Below are positions 1-9,290 of a DNA stretch of 64,000 nt, piece by piece. Numbering within the stretch: position 1 is the first letter of the stretch; the number at the start of each line of letters is the position of its first letter. This DNA is from an uncultured Verrucomicrobiae bacterium (GTDB lineage: Bacteria; Chlamydiota; Chlamydiia; Chlamydiales; Rhabdochlamydiaceae). Below the pieces are notes generated by a model that did not search any database, was not told where the DNA came from, and saw nothing but the letters and a program-made list of their open reading frames with translations. A program made the position numbers and the translations under genes. The stretch lies in contig CAWDYW010000001.1 of NCBI GenBank assembly GCA_963806855.1, forward strand, positions 1,120,001-1,184,000. Direction: 5' to 3'.

Positions 1-738
1 CGTAGACTTATCGATGATATCCTGTTCGGTTGGCGATCTTTCAAAGTTTGGGGCTTGTAAATCTGCATCTTCTGCCAAACACAGCCATACAGCAAGAATA
101 TCCCTAGCTTTGAGTAGTTCAAGATGTTGGATATGCCATTGTCGATAATCTTTTCCTTTGGCAATTAACTGTTGAACAGAGAGATTGTCAATTTCATCAG
201 GTCCTTCTAAATTTAGATTGGGAAAATCTAGATTAATTCTATCAGTTAATGCCTTCCAGTTTGGGAGATCTTCTCTTGCTTGGAGCCAATCTTGGATAGT
301 GTTGAGCTGATCAATAGTCGGCTTTTTTAAGATTTGGGTGATTTCATCGGGTCGATTTTCAATTGCGCTGGCGCTTTGTAGGATGCGAGCAATAAACTTT
401 AGGACCTGCGTGCGGGGATCTGCAGCTTTGTCGATGGGGCAATGGATTCGCTTTGCAATGGAGCCCCAGATTAGAGGATCGGATATTAGTTCTTTTGAGC
501 TTTTGGATGTACAGCCAAACTCGACCAGCTCATGGAGGTCAAGGAATGTGAGCAAGTGAATCAGGAGCTCATCTGGCAATTCTTCTAAAGCAGAGCCTTG
601 GGTCGTGGCGGCCTCAGGCTGATTAAAATGGTCGTGGGCAACTTCTTGGACTTTGCCATCATGGGAAGTGGGCTCGGAAGGTCGATTGGTAGGGTTTGGT
701 ACAGAGCCTGGCGGTAATGCTGAATTAATAGAGCTCAT
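1..738 (-). CDS. F-box protein, paralog of 808..2601 (3' part runs off the window)
   Basis: Not in ORF track. Read manually from ATG at 738: MSSINSALPPGSVPNPTNRPSEP...LEELPDELLIHLLTFLDLHELVEFGCTSK, open to position 1. Near-identical to the N-terminal ~245 aa of 808..2601. Confidence 0.85.
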   Translation of the reverse strand, partial: MSSINSALPPGSVPNPTNRPSEPTSHDGKVQEVAHDHFNQPEAATTQGSALEELPDELLIHLLTFLDLHELVEFGCTSKSSKELISDPLIWGSIAKRIHCPIDKAADPRTQVLKFIARILQSASAIENRPDEITQILKKPTIDQLNTIQDWLQAREDLPNWKALTDRINLDFPNLNLEGPDEIDNLSVQQLIAKGKDYRQWHIQHLELLKARDILAVWLCLAEDADLQAPNFERSPTEQDIIDKST

Positions 739-807
739 ATATTTCCTGTCTTAATAAGTATTCGTTATCGATTTGTAAATTGCCATAACTTTCTTTTGCC
801 AAGGGAT

Positions 808-2601
808 TTAGAATTTTAGGTGGTCATTAACAAAAGATAGAGCGCCTAGAGTCCATTCTCGGTTGTAATAAAGCCCATAGATTGTTGCTAGGGCCGCTGC
901 AGTAATAGTTAGGCTCTTCTGATTATCGCGGACAAAAAAACGGGCCTTAAGACTGAGCGGGAGCGGATTTCCTCTAACAAATAAGCGAATTCCCATCTGC
1001 AAAAGCGCTTCTGGGATTGTGGTGAGTTTATTATCGCTGAGATCGAGAGTTTTAAGATTAGGGAGCTGTCCGATCTCATTAGGAATCGAGCTCAGTTGGT
1101 TATGGTCGAGATAGAGCTCTTGAAGATTAGGGAGCTGTCCGATCTCATTAGGAATCGAGATAAGTTTATTGCCGCCGAGCCCGAGCCCTTGAAGATTAGT
1201 TAGCCGTCCGATGTCGTTGGGAATCAAGGTGAGTCGGTTATATTTGAGACCGAGAATTCGAAGATTAATTAATCGCCCGATCTCACCCGTAATCGAGGTG
1301 AGTTGGTTATGGTCGAGATAGAGCTCTTGAAGATTAATTAGTTGCCCGATCTCACCCGGAATCGAGATAAGTTTATTGCCGCCGAGCCCGAGCCCTTGAA
1401 GATTAGTTAGCCGTCCGATGTCGTTGGGAATCAAGGTGAGTCGGTTATATTTGAGACCGAGAATTCGAAGATTAATTAATCGCCCGATCTCACCCGTAAT
1501 CGAGGTGAGTTGGTTATGGTCGAGATAGAGCTCTTGAAGATTAGGGAGCTGTCCGATCTCATTAGGAATCGAGCTCAGTTGGTTATAGTCGAGATCGAGA
1601 GCTTGAAGGTGAGTTAGCCGCCCGATATCCGTGGGAATCGAGGTAAGTTGGTTGCAGCTAAGAATGAGAGTTTGAAGATTAGTAAGCCGCCCGATATCCG
1701 TGGGAATCGAGGTGAATTGGTTGAAGCCAAGACGGAGAGTTTGAAGATTGGTAAGCTGTCCGATCTCCGTGGGAATTGAGGTGAGATGGTTATCGGAGAG
1801 ATTAAGGTCAGTCAATCCAGCAAGCGCTTCTTGATTCGCATTAAACCAGGCAGTAAATTCGATAGACTTATTTCTGATGGCCTGTTCTGTTGCCAATTCT
1901 TGAAGATTTGGGCCCCCTGGCAAGCCTGTAACTTCAGCCAAGATCCTCCATACAACAAGAGTATCCCTAGCTTTGAGTAGCTCAAGATATTGTGTATGCC
2001 ATTGTCGATAATCTTTTCCTTTGGCAATTAACTGTTGAACAGAGAGATTGGCAATTTCACCAGGTCCTTCTAAATTTAGATTGGGAAACTCTTGATTAAT
2101 TCTTTCAGTTAATGCTTTCCACTTTGGGAGATCTTCTCGTGCTTGGAGCCAATCTTGGATAGTGTTGATCTGATCAATAGTCGGTTTTTTTAAGATTTGT
2201 GTGATTTCATCAGATAAATTTTCAATTGCGCTGGCTCTTTGTAGAATGCGAGCAATAAACTTTAGGACCTGCGTGCGGGGATCTGTAGCTTTGTCGATGG
2301 GGCAATGGATTCGCTTTGCAATGGAGTCCCAGATTCGAGGATCGGATATTAGTTCTTTTGAGCTTTTGGATGTACAGCCAAACTCGACCAGCTCATGGAG
2401 GTCAAGGAATGTGAGCAAGTGAACCAGGAGCTCATCGGGCCATTCTTCGAAAGCAGAGCCTTGGGGCGTGGCGGCCTCAGGCTGATTAAAATGGTCTTGG
2501 GCAACTTCTTGGACTTTGCCTTCATGGGAAGCGGGCTCGGAAGGTCGCTCTATAGGGTTTGGCGCTGAGACTGGTGGTAAAGCTGAACTGATAATACTCA
2601 T
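808..2601 (-). CDS. F-box + leucine-rich-repeat protein with C-terminal hydrophobic segment, probable secreted effector
   Basis: F-box motif (EWPDELLVHLLTFLDLHELVEFGCTSK...W), about 12 copies of a 23-aa LRR (LxxLxLxxNQLTSIPxEIGxL), C-terminal ITAAALATIYGLYY. Confidence 0.9.
   Translation of the reverse strand: MSIISSALPPVSAPNPIERPSEPASHEGKVQEVAQDHFNQPEAATPQGSAFEEWPDELLVHLLTFLDLHELVEFGCTSKSSKELISDPRIWDSIAKRIHCPIDKATDPRTQVLKFIARILQRASAIENLSDEITQILKKPTIDQINTIQDWLQAREDLPKWKALTERINQEFPNLNLEGPGEIANLSVQQLIAKGKDYRQWHTQYLELLKARDTLVVWRILAEVTGLPGGPNLQELATEQAIRNKSIEFTAWFNANQEALAGLTDLNLSDNHLTSIPTEIGQLTNLQTLRLGFNQFTSIPTDIGRLTNLQTLILSCNQLTSIPTDIGRLTHLQALDLDYNQLSSIPNEIGQLPNLQELYLDHNQLTSITGEIGRLINLRILGLKYNRLTLIPNDIGRLTNLQGLGLGGNKLISIPGEIGQLINLQELYLDHNQLTSITGEIGRLINLRILGLKYNRLTLIPNDIGRLTNLQGLGLGGNKLISIPNEIGQLPNLQELYLDHNQLSSIPNEIGQLPNLKTLDLSDNKLTTIPEALLQMGIRLFVRGNPLPLSLKARFFVRDNQKSLTITAAALATIYGLYYNREWTLGALSFVNDHLKF
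1154..1542. repeat. 207-bp-period near-exact duplication (3 LRR units) inside the LRR gene
   Basis: aagattaattaatcgcccgatc starts at 1261 and 1468; the block LQELYLDHNQLTSITGEIGRLINLRILGLKYNRLTLIPNDIGRLTNLQGLGLGGNKLISIP occurs twice. Confidence 0.9.
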
Positions 2602-2700
2602 ATATTTCCTATATTAATCAAATTAATTATAGTAAAATTATTAATTTAAGTCAATTATAATAAGTATTAATTTGAAACGAATGCAACTTATTTAAAGCTA

Positions 2701-4071
2701 TTAAGTTGGGCGCCGTTTGATCAGAAGGGGAATGGCGCAGAGGATAGCGATTCCCCCAATGAGGGTCAATTCGTAGGCCAGCACGCTCTGAATGTTCATC
2801 TGCTTAGGAGGGATGAAGCCGAGCACAATCACCGCCAAACAGGCAAATATTCCCATAGAGCAAACGATCCAGATCCCCTTGTTACCTCCGGGTATTTTAT
2901 AGGAGCGCTTCACGTCGGGACGTCTATAGTGCAATTTGATCCCTGCAGCAAAAAGAGCGATGTAGACGATCAGGGCGAGTTGGGCAGTCATCGCTGAGAG
3001 GAGCCAAAATGAGCTGTTCACCGTCGGCATAAAGACGAAGACTAGGCACAAGACCGAGACGATCACCCCTTGCATGAGCAGCACAGGGATCGGCACTCCT
3101 CTGGCATTCGTCTTGCCGAGCCAAAGGGGCAAGCTTCCATCTCGGCTGGCTACCATGATCCCTTTCGTCGGGCCGATGATCCAGGCGGCCACGCTGCTCA
3201 AACCCCCGAGAATGATGAAAAAGGCGGCGCAGGGGAGGAGCCAAGGGAGGTGATAGGTATCGACGAAGACGGCAAAGGCTTGCATGATCCCGGTGACCAA
3301 GCTGAGCTCGCGATGGGGGACGACAATCGAAATCGCCAGCGACGCCAGCGTCATCGACCCTAAAATGATGAAAACTGAGGTAAATAGCGACTTGGGATAG
3401 TCCCGAAGAGGATCGCGCATCTCAGCAGCGTGGGTGGCAGCCATCTCCAGGCCAAGCAGCCCAAAGAGAATATTGCTAAGGAAAGCGATATTATTGCCGC
3501 TCTCTGCGCTGGGGAAGAAGGCTCTAGCAGAGAAGGAGATCTGCATTGGGTGGCCTTTCAAGAGCCAAATCACCCCCAGCAGGATGATCAAAGACATCGG
3601 CAAGAGGGTCCCGACGAGAGAACCGACACTGCTGAACAAACTGGAGAAGCGCATTCCAAGACAATTGAGTAGGGTGAGTCCCCAAAAGGAAATCAAAATC
3701 GCAAGGGCCATATAGAGTTTATTGCTGGCAAGGGCAGGATCAATGAGGTAGGCAAAGGCTCCCACCACAAGGGCCATGATCGTCGGGTACCAAAAGAGAT
3801 TGTAAATCCAATTGAGCCAGATGATCAAAAACCCAAAGCGCTTGCCAAACGCCTCTCTGACCCACACATAGATCCCACCAGTGTTGGGCCAACCGGTCCC
3901 CAATTCTGCTGAAACCAGGGCGCTTGGAATGAAGAATAGGGCTCCGGCGAGCAAATAGAAAAAGACGAGGGAAAAACCATACTCTGCGGCAAAGGGGAGT
4001 GTGCGAATACTGTCGACTGCGATCACATTGATCATCACCAGTTGAAACAAACCGAGAGTTTTTTTGGTCAT
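2701..4071 (-). CDS. APC-superfamily amino acid permease/antiporter (GadC-like)
   Basis: About 12 TM helices; SAELGTGWP.GGIYVWVREAFG, GLE, P.RDYPK motifs. Confidence 0.9.
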   Translation of the reverse strand: MTKKTLGLFQLVMINVIAVDSIRTLPFAAEYGFSLVFFYLLAGALFFIPSALVSAELGTGWPNTGGIYVWVREAFGKRFGFLIIWLNWIYNLFWYPTIMALVVGAFAYLIDPALASNKLYMALAILISFWGLTLLNCLGMRFSSLFSSVGSLVGTLLPMSLIILLGVIWLLKGHPMQISFSARAFFPSAESGNNIAFLSNILFGLLGLEMAATHAAEMRDPLRDYPKSLFTSVFIILGSMTLASLAISIVVPHRELSLVTGIMQAFAVFVDTYHLPWLLPCAAFFIILGGLSSVAAWIIGPTKGIMVASRDGSLPLWLGKTNARGVPIPVLLMQGVIVSVLCLVFVFMPTVNSSFWLLSAMTAQLALIVYIALFAAGIKLHYRRPDVKRSYKIPGGNKGIWIVCSMGIFACLAVIVLGFIPPKQMNIQSVLAYELTLIGGIAILCAIPLLIKRRPT

Positions 4072-4079
4072 TCCCTTCC

Positions 4080-6167
4080 TTATTTGATAAGTTTAAAGCT
4101 GTATGAAAAACGAAACGGATCGTTAGGTATATATTCATAACTTAGCTTCATCTGCCAGCTTCCTGTAATCATGGTATAAAAATCAACCTTTGCACCTGTA
4201 TAGGGCGGTTCAGTCGACCGTCCCCAGCCATGATGAGCTTGCGCTTGCACACTCCAGCGCGGAGATAGACGGAAATGGGCCTTGACGAGCAAAGTATTGC
4301 GCCGATCGGAAAGAGGGGAGTCCAGCAGCAGATCAAGGGGTCTAGCAAAGTCTAACACAAAGTTATCATGATCGGCTTTTCTCCACCAGAATTTGCTCCG
4401 ATGAAGGTATTCTACACCAAAAGCGAGCGAAGCATTGACCGTCCACAAGAGCTGCGCATTCCCATAATCGAGGACACTCTCTTGGAAATTCCAGCCGACC
4501 CCGCCGCGCAAGGCATAAGAAGGCTGCTCAATTTTTAGATCCAAAAATGCCTTCGGAATAGTCTGATCAAACGATTTTGCCCCCCAGAAAGCATAGCTGA
4601 ATAGATCGACCGTGAGCGCAGGTAGGAAAATCGAATTTCCCTTACTGAAAAAAAGTTGTCGCAATCCAAAGCGGAGCTGATTGATCTTGTCATACCCATC
4701 GTGAATGTCGAAGACAAAATAGCGATTGACATGGACGCGCGGCTTCGTAACCCCTAGGAATCGGGCATAGGGTTCGGTGGTATGCTTCACACAGGAATAC
4801 TGTCTAGAAAAACGGCAATTCAGATCGGCCCCATAGGTGTAAAGAAATTGCCTCGCCGCATGATGCTCGGGGCTGCGGCTATAATAAATACCGACGAGTC
4901 CTGCGCTGGGGGTAAAATTGACTCCTCCTACAGAGAAAGGACGATAGAGACTATTCATCGTCTCGAGCCTACCCGACTTCCTATCCTTAAGTTGCTTGTC
5001 GAGTTGATTGACATAGGTATAATCGAAGAAGGAACCATTGAAATAGTTTTCCATGATCAACCCGGTTCTTCCGATCTCGAAGGGGCGGAGCTCGATCACT
5101 CCGTAAGGGAGCTCCTGATTCAAAGTGTCAAACGGGTTGATCCGCGGGCGGACCGACAGCCCTCCATAAATGGATTGCCTATACTGCGAAAGTTCTAAAT
5201 AAGTTGTCTTCTGCGTATTGATCTCGAAATCGGGATCGGCAAAATCTCCGACCATCCGATCGTCGCTTAATCGATCCCACTGCATGTGGAATCTAGAATA
5301 TTCATCGGCACTTTTAATTTTATAGATCCCCTGGAAACGGAAGCGGTGCCAGCCAGTCTCATTGGGGAAGCTCTTGTCATAGGCCGCATAGTTGCGCGAC
5401 TGAAATTCAGCCAGCCCATCTTTAGACTCATATTCGGCCTCCAAGGATCCCCCTGGGCCAAAATGAAATTTCCCCTTGCTCTGCTTCGATTTCGTAACCC
5501 TGCAATCCAAGCGGGCATAAGCGCTAAATGTTTCGGTTGAATAGAAGCGATAACGCATCGAAAAGCGTGGTCCCAGCCCTTTATCCCACAGAAAACGGTA
5601 GCGGATTGGCGGGTCGACAAACTTCGTCAAATTGAGTTTATAAGTTGGCAGCCACAACAGCGGCACGTCGGCTACTTGAAACTTCACATTTTTCGCCGTC
5701 AGGATTTCCCCATCGGTGATTATAGCGCGATTGGCCCGTATTTCCCAGAGATTGTCTTGGCCTGGATACTTTGTGATATAGGCGCCATAAATCGTAAAGG
5801 TCCCGTCGCAATCGAGATCGATCCGATCGCCACCCGCATACCAGCCGGCAACTTCAGATCTACCATTAAGAATATAACCAGTCCGTGTCAGCAGGTCATA
5901 CTGGAGGTATTCACCGATAAAGATCTGATCGTTGTATTCTATCATCAGGTTGCCAGAGGCGCATACTGTCTGTGCGCCGGGCTGATCGGTGTAGCTGATG
6001 TGGCACGCCTGAATCCTCAAGCATGGAGCGGTGATGACGCCGCCCTCATCGGTCTTTAGCACTCCATCAGAGTACTCTGGATTCTTCAAATTAATGACAA
6101 ATTCCTTCTCAGCCAGGAGAGGGCAGGTGACAACAGAGAGAGCGATAGCAATAGGCAGCAACTTCAT
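4080..6167 (-). CDS. lptD: LptD/OstA-like LPS-assembly outer-membrane protein
   Basis: Signal peptide from likely ATG at 6167 (MKLLPIAIALSVVTCPLLA), beta-rich body with OstA-like N-domain (VPLLWLP), C-terminal FSYSFKL; lies near the HEAT gene as in chlamydial genomes. Confidence 0.7.
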   Translation of the reverse strand: MKLLPIAIALSVVTCPLLAEKEFVINLKNPEYSDGVLKTDEGGVITAPCLRIQACHISYTDQPGAQTVCASGNLMIEYNDQIFIGEYLQYDLLTRTGYILNGRSEVAGWYAGGDRIDLDCDGTFTIYGAYITKYPGQDNLWEIRANRAIITDGEILTAKNVKFQVADVPLLWLPTYKLNLTKFVDPPIRYRFLWDKGLGPRFSMRYRFYSTETFSAYARLDCRVTKSKQSKGKFHFGPGGSLEAEYESKDGLAEFQSRNYAAYDKSFPNETGWHRFRFQGIYKIKSADEYSRFHMQWDRLSDDRMVGDFADPDFEINTQKTTYLELSQYRQSIYGGLSVRPRINPFDTLNQELPYGVIELRPFEIGRTGLIMENYFNGSFFDYTYVNQLDKQLKDRKSGRLETMNSLYRPFSVGGVNFTPSAGLVGIYYSRSPEHHAARQFLYTYGADLNCRFSRQYSCVKHTTEPYARFLGVTKPRVHVNRYFVFDIHDGYDKINQLRFGLRQLFFSKGNSIFLPALTVDLFSYAFWGAKSFDQTIPKAFLDLKIEQPSYALRGGVGWNFQESVLDYGNAQLLWTVNASLAFGVEYLHRSKFWWRKADHDNFVLDFARPLDLLLDSPLSDRRNTLLVKAHFRLSPRWSVQAQAHHGWGRSTEPPYTGAKVDFYTMITGSWQMKLSYEYIPNDPFRFSYSFKLIK

Positions 6168-6237
6168 GGAGGAGGCATTATAGAAGTTTGTCAGTATTAT
6201 TTCTATAATTTCCATTGAATGTGTATACTGAAACGAG

Positions 6238-6299
6238 TTGAAGAATCGGGAATTAGACAAGCCGACGCCGTCGAAAACCGATTCTTCAAATAAAGAAAT
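6238..6299. repeat. Intergenic inverted repeat
   Basis: Perfect 12-bp arms ttgaagaatcgg / ccgattcttcaa enclosing a small cgacg-c-cgtcg hairpin. Confidence 0.6.
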
Positions 6300-6343
6300 C
6301 TGCGAATGACCCTATCACAAGATTCTCTGAGCTTTGCATTTTT

Positions 6344-6904
6344 TTACTTTCTGGCAACTAATGACAACCACACCCAGTAGCAGCCCATTAAAAGTAAATC
6401 AATGCCAACAAAAAGCCCAATCACCCACAATGCCGAGGCCGGCCATTCTGCGAGGATCAAAATGCCAAGGAGAATAGCAACCAATCCATTAAACACAACC
6501 CAACCCCAATTATCGAAGCGATAGCTCAGCGCAGAGAATAAACGAAATGCTCCACCAATCAAAAGAAGAGCTGCAATCAATAAACTAATGGCTAAAGAGC
6601 TCTCCAAGGGCTTGAAAATGCAAAGGCACCCTGCAACGATATAGAATAATCCTAAAAGCAAAGAGGAAGAGAAACCTGTCCATTTTATTGCGTAAGAGCC
6701 GCTGATAACTTGCAATATGCCTGCAGCTGTCATAAAAAATCCTAAAAGAACGACTGTAAATTCTGTTGCCCAATTTGCATATCCTATTGCAAGAGCTCCC
6801 AAAGCAATAAGCAGAAGCCCAATAGCGAGAAACCAACCCCAATATTTACGCACCTCAGGGACCTCATAAAAATAGACGACCCATTCCTTTTTTTTGCTGG
6901 CCAT
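6344..6904 (-). CDS. HdeD-family (DUF308) membrane protein
   Basis: Six TM helices, WGWFLAIGLLLI.LG, WPASALWVIGLFVGIDLL.G signature. Confidence 0.85.
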   Translation of the reverse strand: MASKKKEWVVYFYEVPEVRKYWGWFLAIGLLLIALGALAIGYANWATEFTVVLLGFFMTAAGILQVISGSYAIKWTGFSSSLLLGLFYIVAGCLCIFKPLESSLAISLLIAALLLIGGAFRLFSALSYRFDNWGWVVFNGLVAILLGILILAEWPASALWVIGLFVGIDLLLMGCYWVWLSLVARK

Positions 6905-7099
6905 AATCTCTCCTTGTTAATCACCTGCTTTTTGGAAAGTAGATTATTGAGATATATTTTTAAAGATGATTTATATCCTCCCGATCAAAGACATTTCAGA
7001 TTTTTAATTCAATTCAAATATTTATTATAATGTTGACGTAAAATAAATAATTGTGTTACAATCTTGTTAATTAATTAAAAAAAATGGATTAAAAAAATA

Positions 7100-8116
7100 A
7101 TGTCTTCAAGAATTATCGGTGAACATCTATTTCCACATAACCCGGTTAATGATTACTATGAAAAAGATGTAGAAGCCAGTCGGTCAGCTGTTTATAATAT
7201 CGAATCGAGGATTTGTGCGATTGGAGCACTATTTTTCGGAGCACCGATCTGTTCTAGAATACTAAAAGAGCTCGACCTTATCCACCTTTCTCCTGATCAG
7301 TTGAATACACTTTTGAAATTCGGTGCGGCTGCTTCAGTCGCGATACTCTTTGGAGGTCTTTTTGTCACAAGAATTCAGCTGGGGCGATTAAGTTTTGGCC
7401 CCTCATTGAATCCTTCAAATTCTCTAACTCAATCGGAAGTTAGACAAATTCTTACAATGGCTCTAACAGCACAAGAGATAAAAAATCTTCCAATCCAAAC
7501 CCACGACTCCTTAGCAAGACTTATTTCCCATTTAGAAACCATCAGTAAAGATACCGCTCGAATGTACTTTTCTCCAGAGCAAAGAGAGGAGTGTAAAAGG
7601 GTCATTGAACAAATTGAAGATATAGATAAACACTCAAGAACGAAAGGCGAGATAGTCGGTCTTCTCAAAATTGCAAAAGTGGTTTTAATCCAACGAAAAA
7701 AAGTATGGGAGAAAAAAGAAAAAGAATCCAAGGAGCAAGAGATCATTAAAAGCCGAGCCTCATTTCCTAAACTTGGGCTTTTTTCTATCAAAGAGTCAGA
7801 AATTGGGGAATCTGCAACCATTAAATTGATAAAATATCCCAAAAATCTGACTCAAATAGAGCATCTGTGTTGCGAATTAGAAAGATCGATTAAAGGATTG
7901 GACAAAGATCCGGACACCACACTAGTTTATATCGGTGATGTGGCAAACTCTCTGATTGAGACTGAGCATTTAAAACCAATCTTAGCGCAACCGGAAGTTC
8001 AAGTCCCCCTACGACGAATTGAGCGCCAACGGGCACCGAGTATGCAGGGAGGGCTTAGGAGCAGTCCTACCATCGAGTATAATTTAGATTCCCTTAACAA
8101 TGGGTCTTCACAATAA
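7100..8116 (+). CDS. Hypothetical Inc-like protein (two N-terminal hydrophobic lobes + charged coiled region)
   Basis: 338-aa AT-rich ORF; ICAIGALFFGAPIC and FGAAASVAILFGGLFV segments, then a K/E-rich helix. Confidence 0.6.
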   Translation: MSSRIIGEHLFPHNPVNDYYEKDVEASRSAVYNIESRICAIGALFFGAPICSRILKELDLIHLSPDQLNTLLKFGAAASVAILFGGLFVTRIQLGRLSFGPSLNPSNSLTQSEVRQILTMALTAQEIKNLPIQTHDSLARLISHLETISKDTARMYFSPEQREECKRVIEQIEDIDKHSRTKGEIVGLLKIAKVVLIQRKKVWEKKEKESKEQEIIKSRASFPKLGLFSIKESEIGESATIKLIKYPKNLTQIEHLCCELERSIKGLDKDPDTTLVYIGDVANSLIETEHLKPILAQPEVQVPLRRIERQRAPSMQGGLRSSPTIEYNLDSLNNGSSQ

Positions 8117-8125
8117 ACGAACAAA

Positions 8126-8249
8126 TCATTGCAGAGTTCTAAGCAACAGCCCGGCTAAAACGTAGCGGTTTTTGATGTTGCCATGCGAGAGGGCGTCGAG
8201 CAGGATGTCGATGCTGCTTTTCGGCAAGAGTTTGATAAACCTCGATGAG
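8126..8249 (-). repeat. Displaced direct-repeat copy of the 3' end of the HEAT gene (9291..9425)
   Basis: Matches 9291..9425 with two substitutions and an 11-nt deletion between tgctgcttt microrepeats. Confidence 0.95.
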
Positions 8250-8260
8250 GGGAGCGGCTT

Positions 8261-9214
8261 TTATTGCTTACTGCCATCGATTTTTCCATCTGCTATGCAA
8301 CTATTAGAAACGACAAAAGTAAAAAAATGATTCCAGAAATTTCCATTTCGATTAAATAAGTCCTTTCCTTCTGTAGATAATTGAACATTGCATGTTGGGG
8401 GATTATCGTACCTTGCAGTGATCTTCGAGACAAGTTTTTTCAAATCCATCCCAGGCAGGAATCCAAAACCCTGTTTAAGAATATCTTCGCAGCCTTCTTT
8501 TATTTGTTCCGCAGTCGCTTGCACAGGACTACACCAATATAGGTTCTTATAGCTCTTATTATAACCCATAATGCTTATTGAGAGGGACTGATTGCTAAAA
8601 AAATGATCCCATCTATATATTCGATCTATATTAGCTAACTTATCAGCTTCTTTCGTTAACATAACAAGGCACAGTTTATCAGAGTTGCAGTTGATACGCG
8701 AAACATGTTTTTTTAAATCCAATCCAGGAATGCCCCCATAGCCATTCTTAAGAACTTCTTCACACATTTCTTTTGTTTCTGATTCTAATGGTTTCAATTC
8801 CGTTTGGGACTCTAGGATGGCTGGGGCGTGATCCAAAACATCTGGGGCGCCTGGGGCATATATTTTGTGTAAAATGTAGAAACCTAGCAAAATGGTTGCA
8901 CCCACAAGAATTACCTTGTACTTACCATTAGCCAGACCATTATTCGAAGCCACCCTTCCGTTTAAATATATGTTAGTTAACAATGGCAAAGCTGCTCCGA
9001 CTGCTGCAATTACTAAAAGATCAGATCTGCTCAAAGGAGAAAACGTCTTGAGAACTTTATAAACTGTTATAGACCCCATCCCAAAGAGGGACATGCCCAC
9101 AGAGATTCCCACGGACCTCATAATTCCTTGATAATTCACTGCTTTGTGAGCTATATGGGTTCCAATTAAAGAAGTACAACACCCGCCGAGACCTTCAATT
9201 CCTGCTCGTAGCAT
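8261..9214 (-). CDS. Hypothetical membrane protein, Inc-like, with a duplicated C-terminal domain
   Basis: Three to four hydrophobic segments, then two similar modules (KEMCEEVLKNGYGGIPGLDLKKHVSRI / KEGCEDILKQGFGFLPGMDLKKLVSKI). Confidence 0.65.
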   Translation of the reverse strand: MLRAGIEGLGGCCTSLIGTHIAHKAVNYQGIMRSVGISVGMSLFGMGSITVYKVLKTFSPLSRSDLLVIAAVGAALPLLTNIYLNGRVASNNGLANGKYKVILVGATILLGFYILHKIYAPGAPDVLDHAPAILESQTELKPLESETKEMCEEVLKNGYGGIPGLDLKKHVSRINCNSDKLCLVMLTKEADKLANIDRIYRWDHFFSNQSLSISIMGYNKSYKNLYWCSPVQATAEQIKEGCEDILKQGFGFLPGMDLKKLVSKITARYDNPPTCNVQLSTEGKDLFNRNGNFWNHFFTFVVSNSCIADGKIDGSKQ

Positions 9215-9290
9215 ATTTCATCCTTTAAAATTTAAAATTAAAGTGATGGTGCTTCATTATTGTGGTTTTTTGCAAATAAAAATTACATGA

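Noticed and set aside
338..2422. Two similar 73-aa + strand ORFs (338..559 and 2201..2422)
   Set aside because: Their similarity only reflects the duplicated F-box genes on the minus strand.
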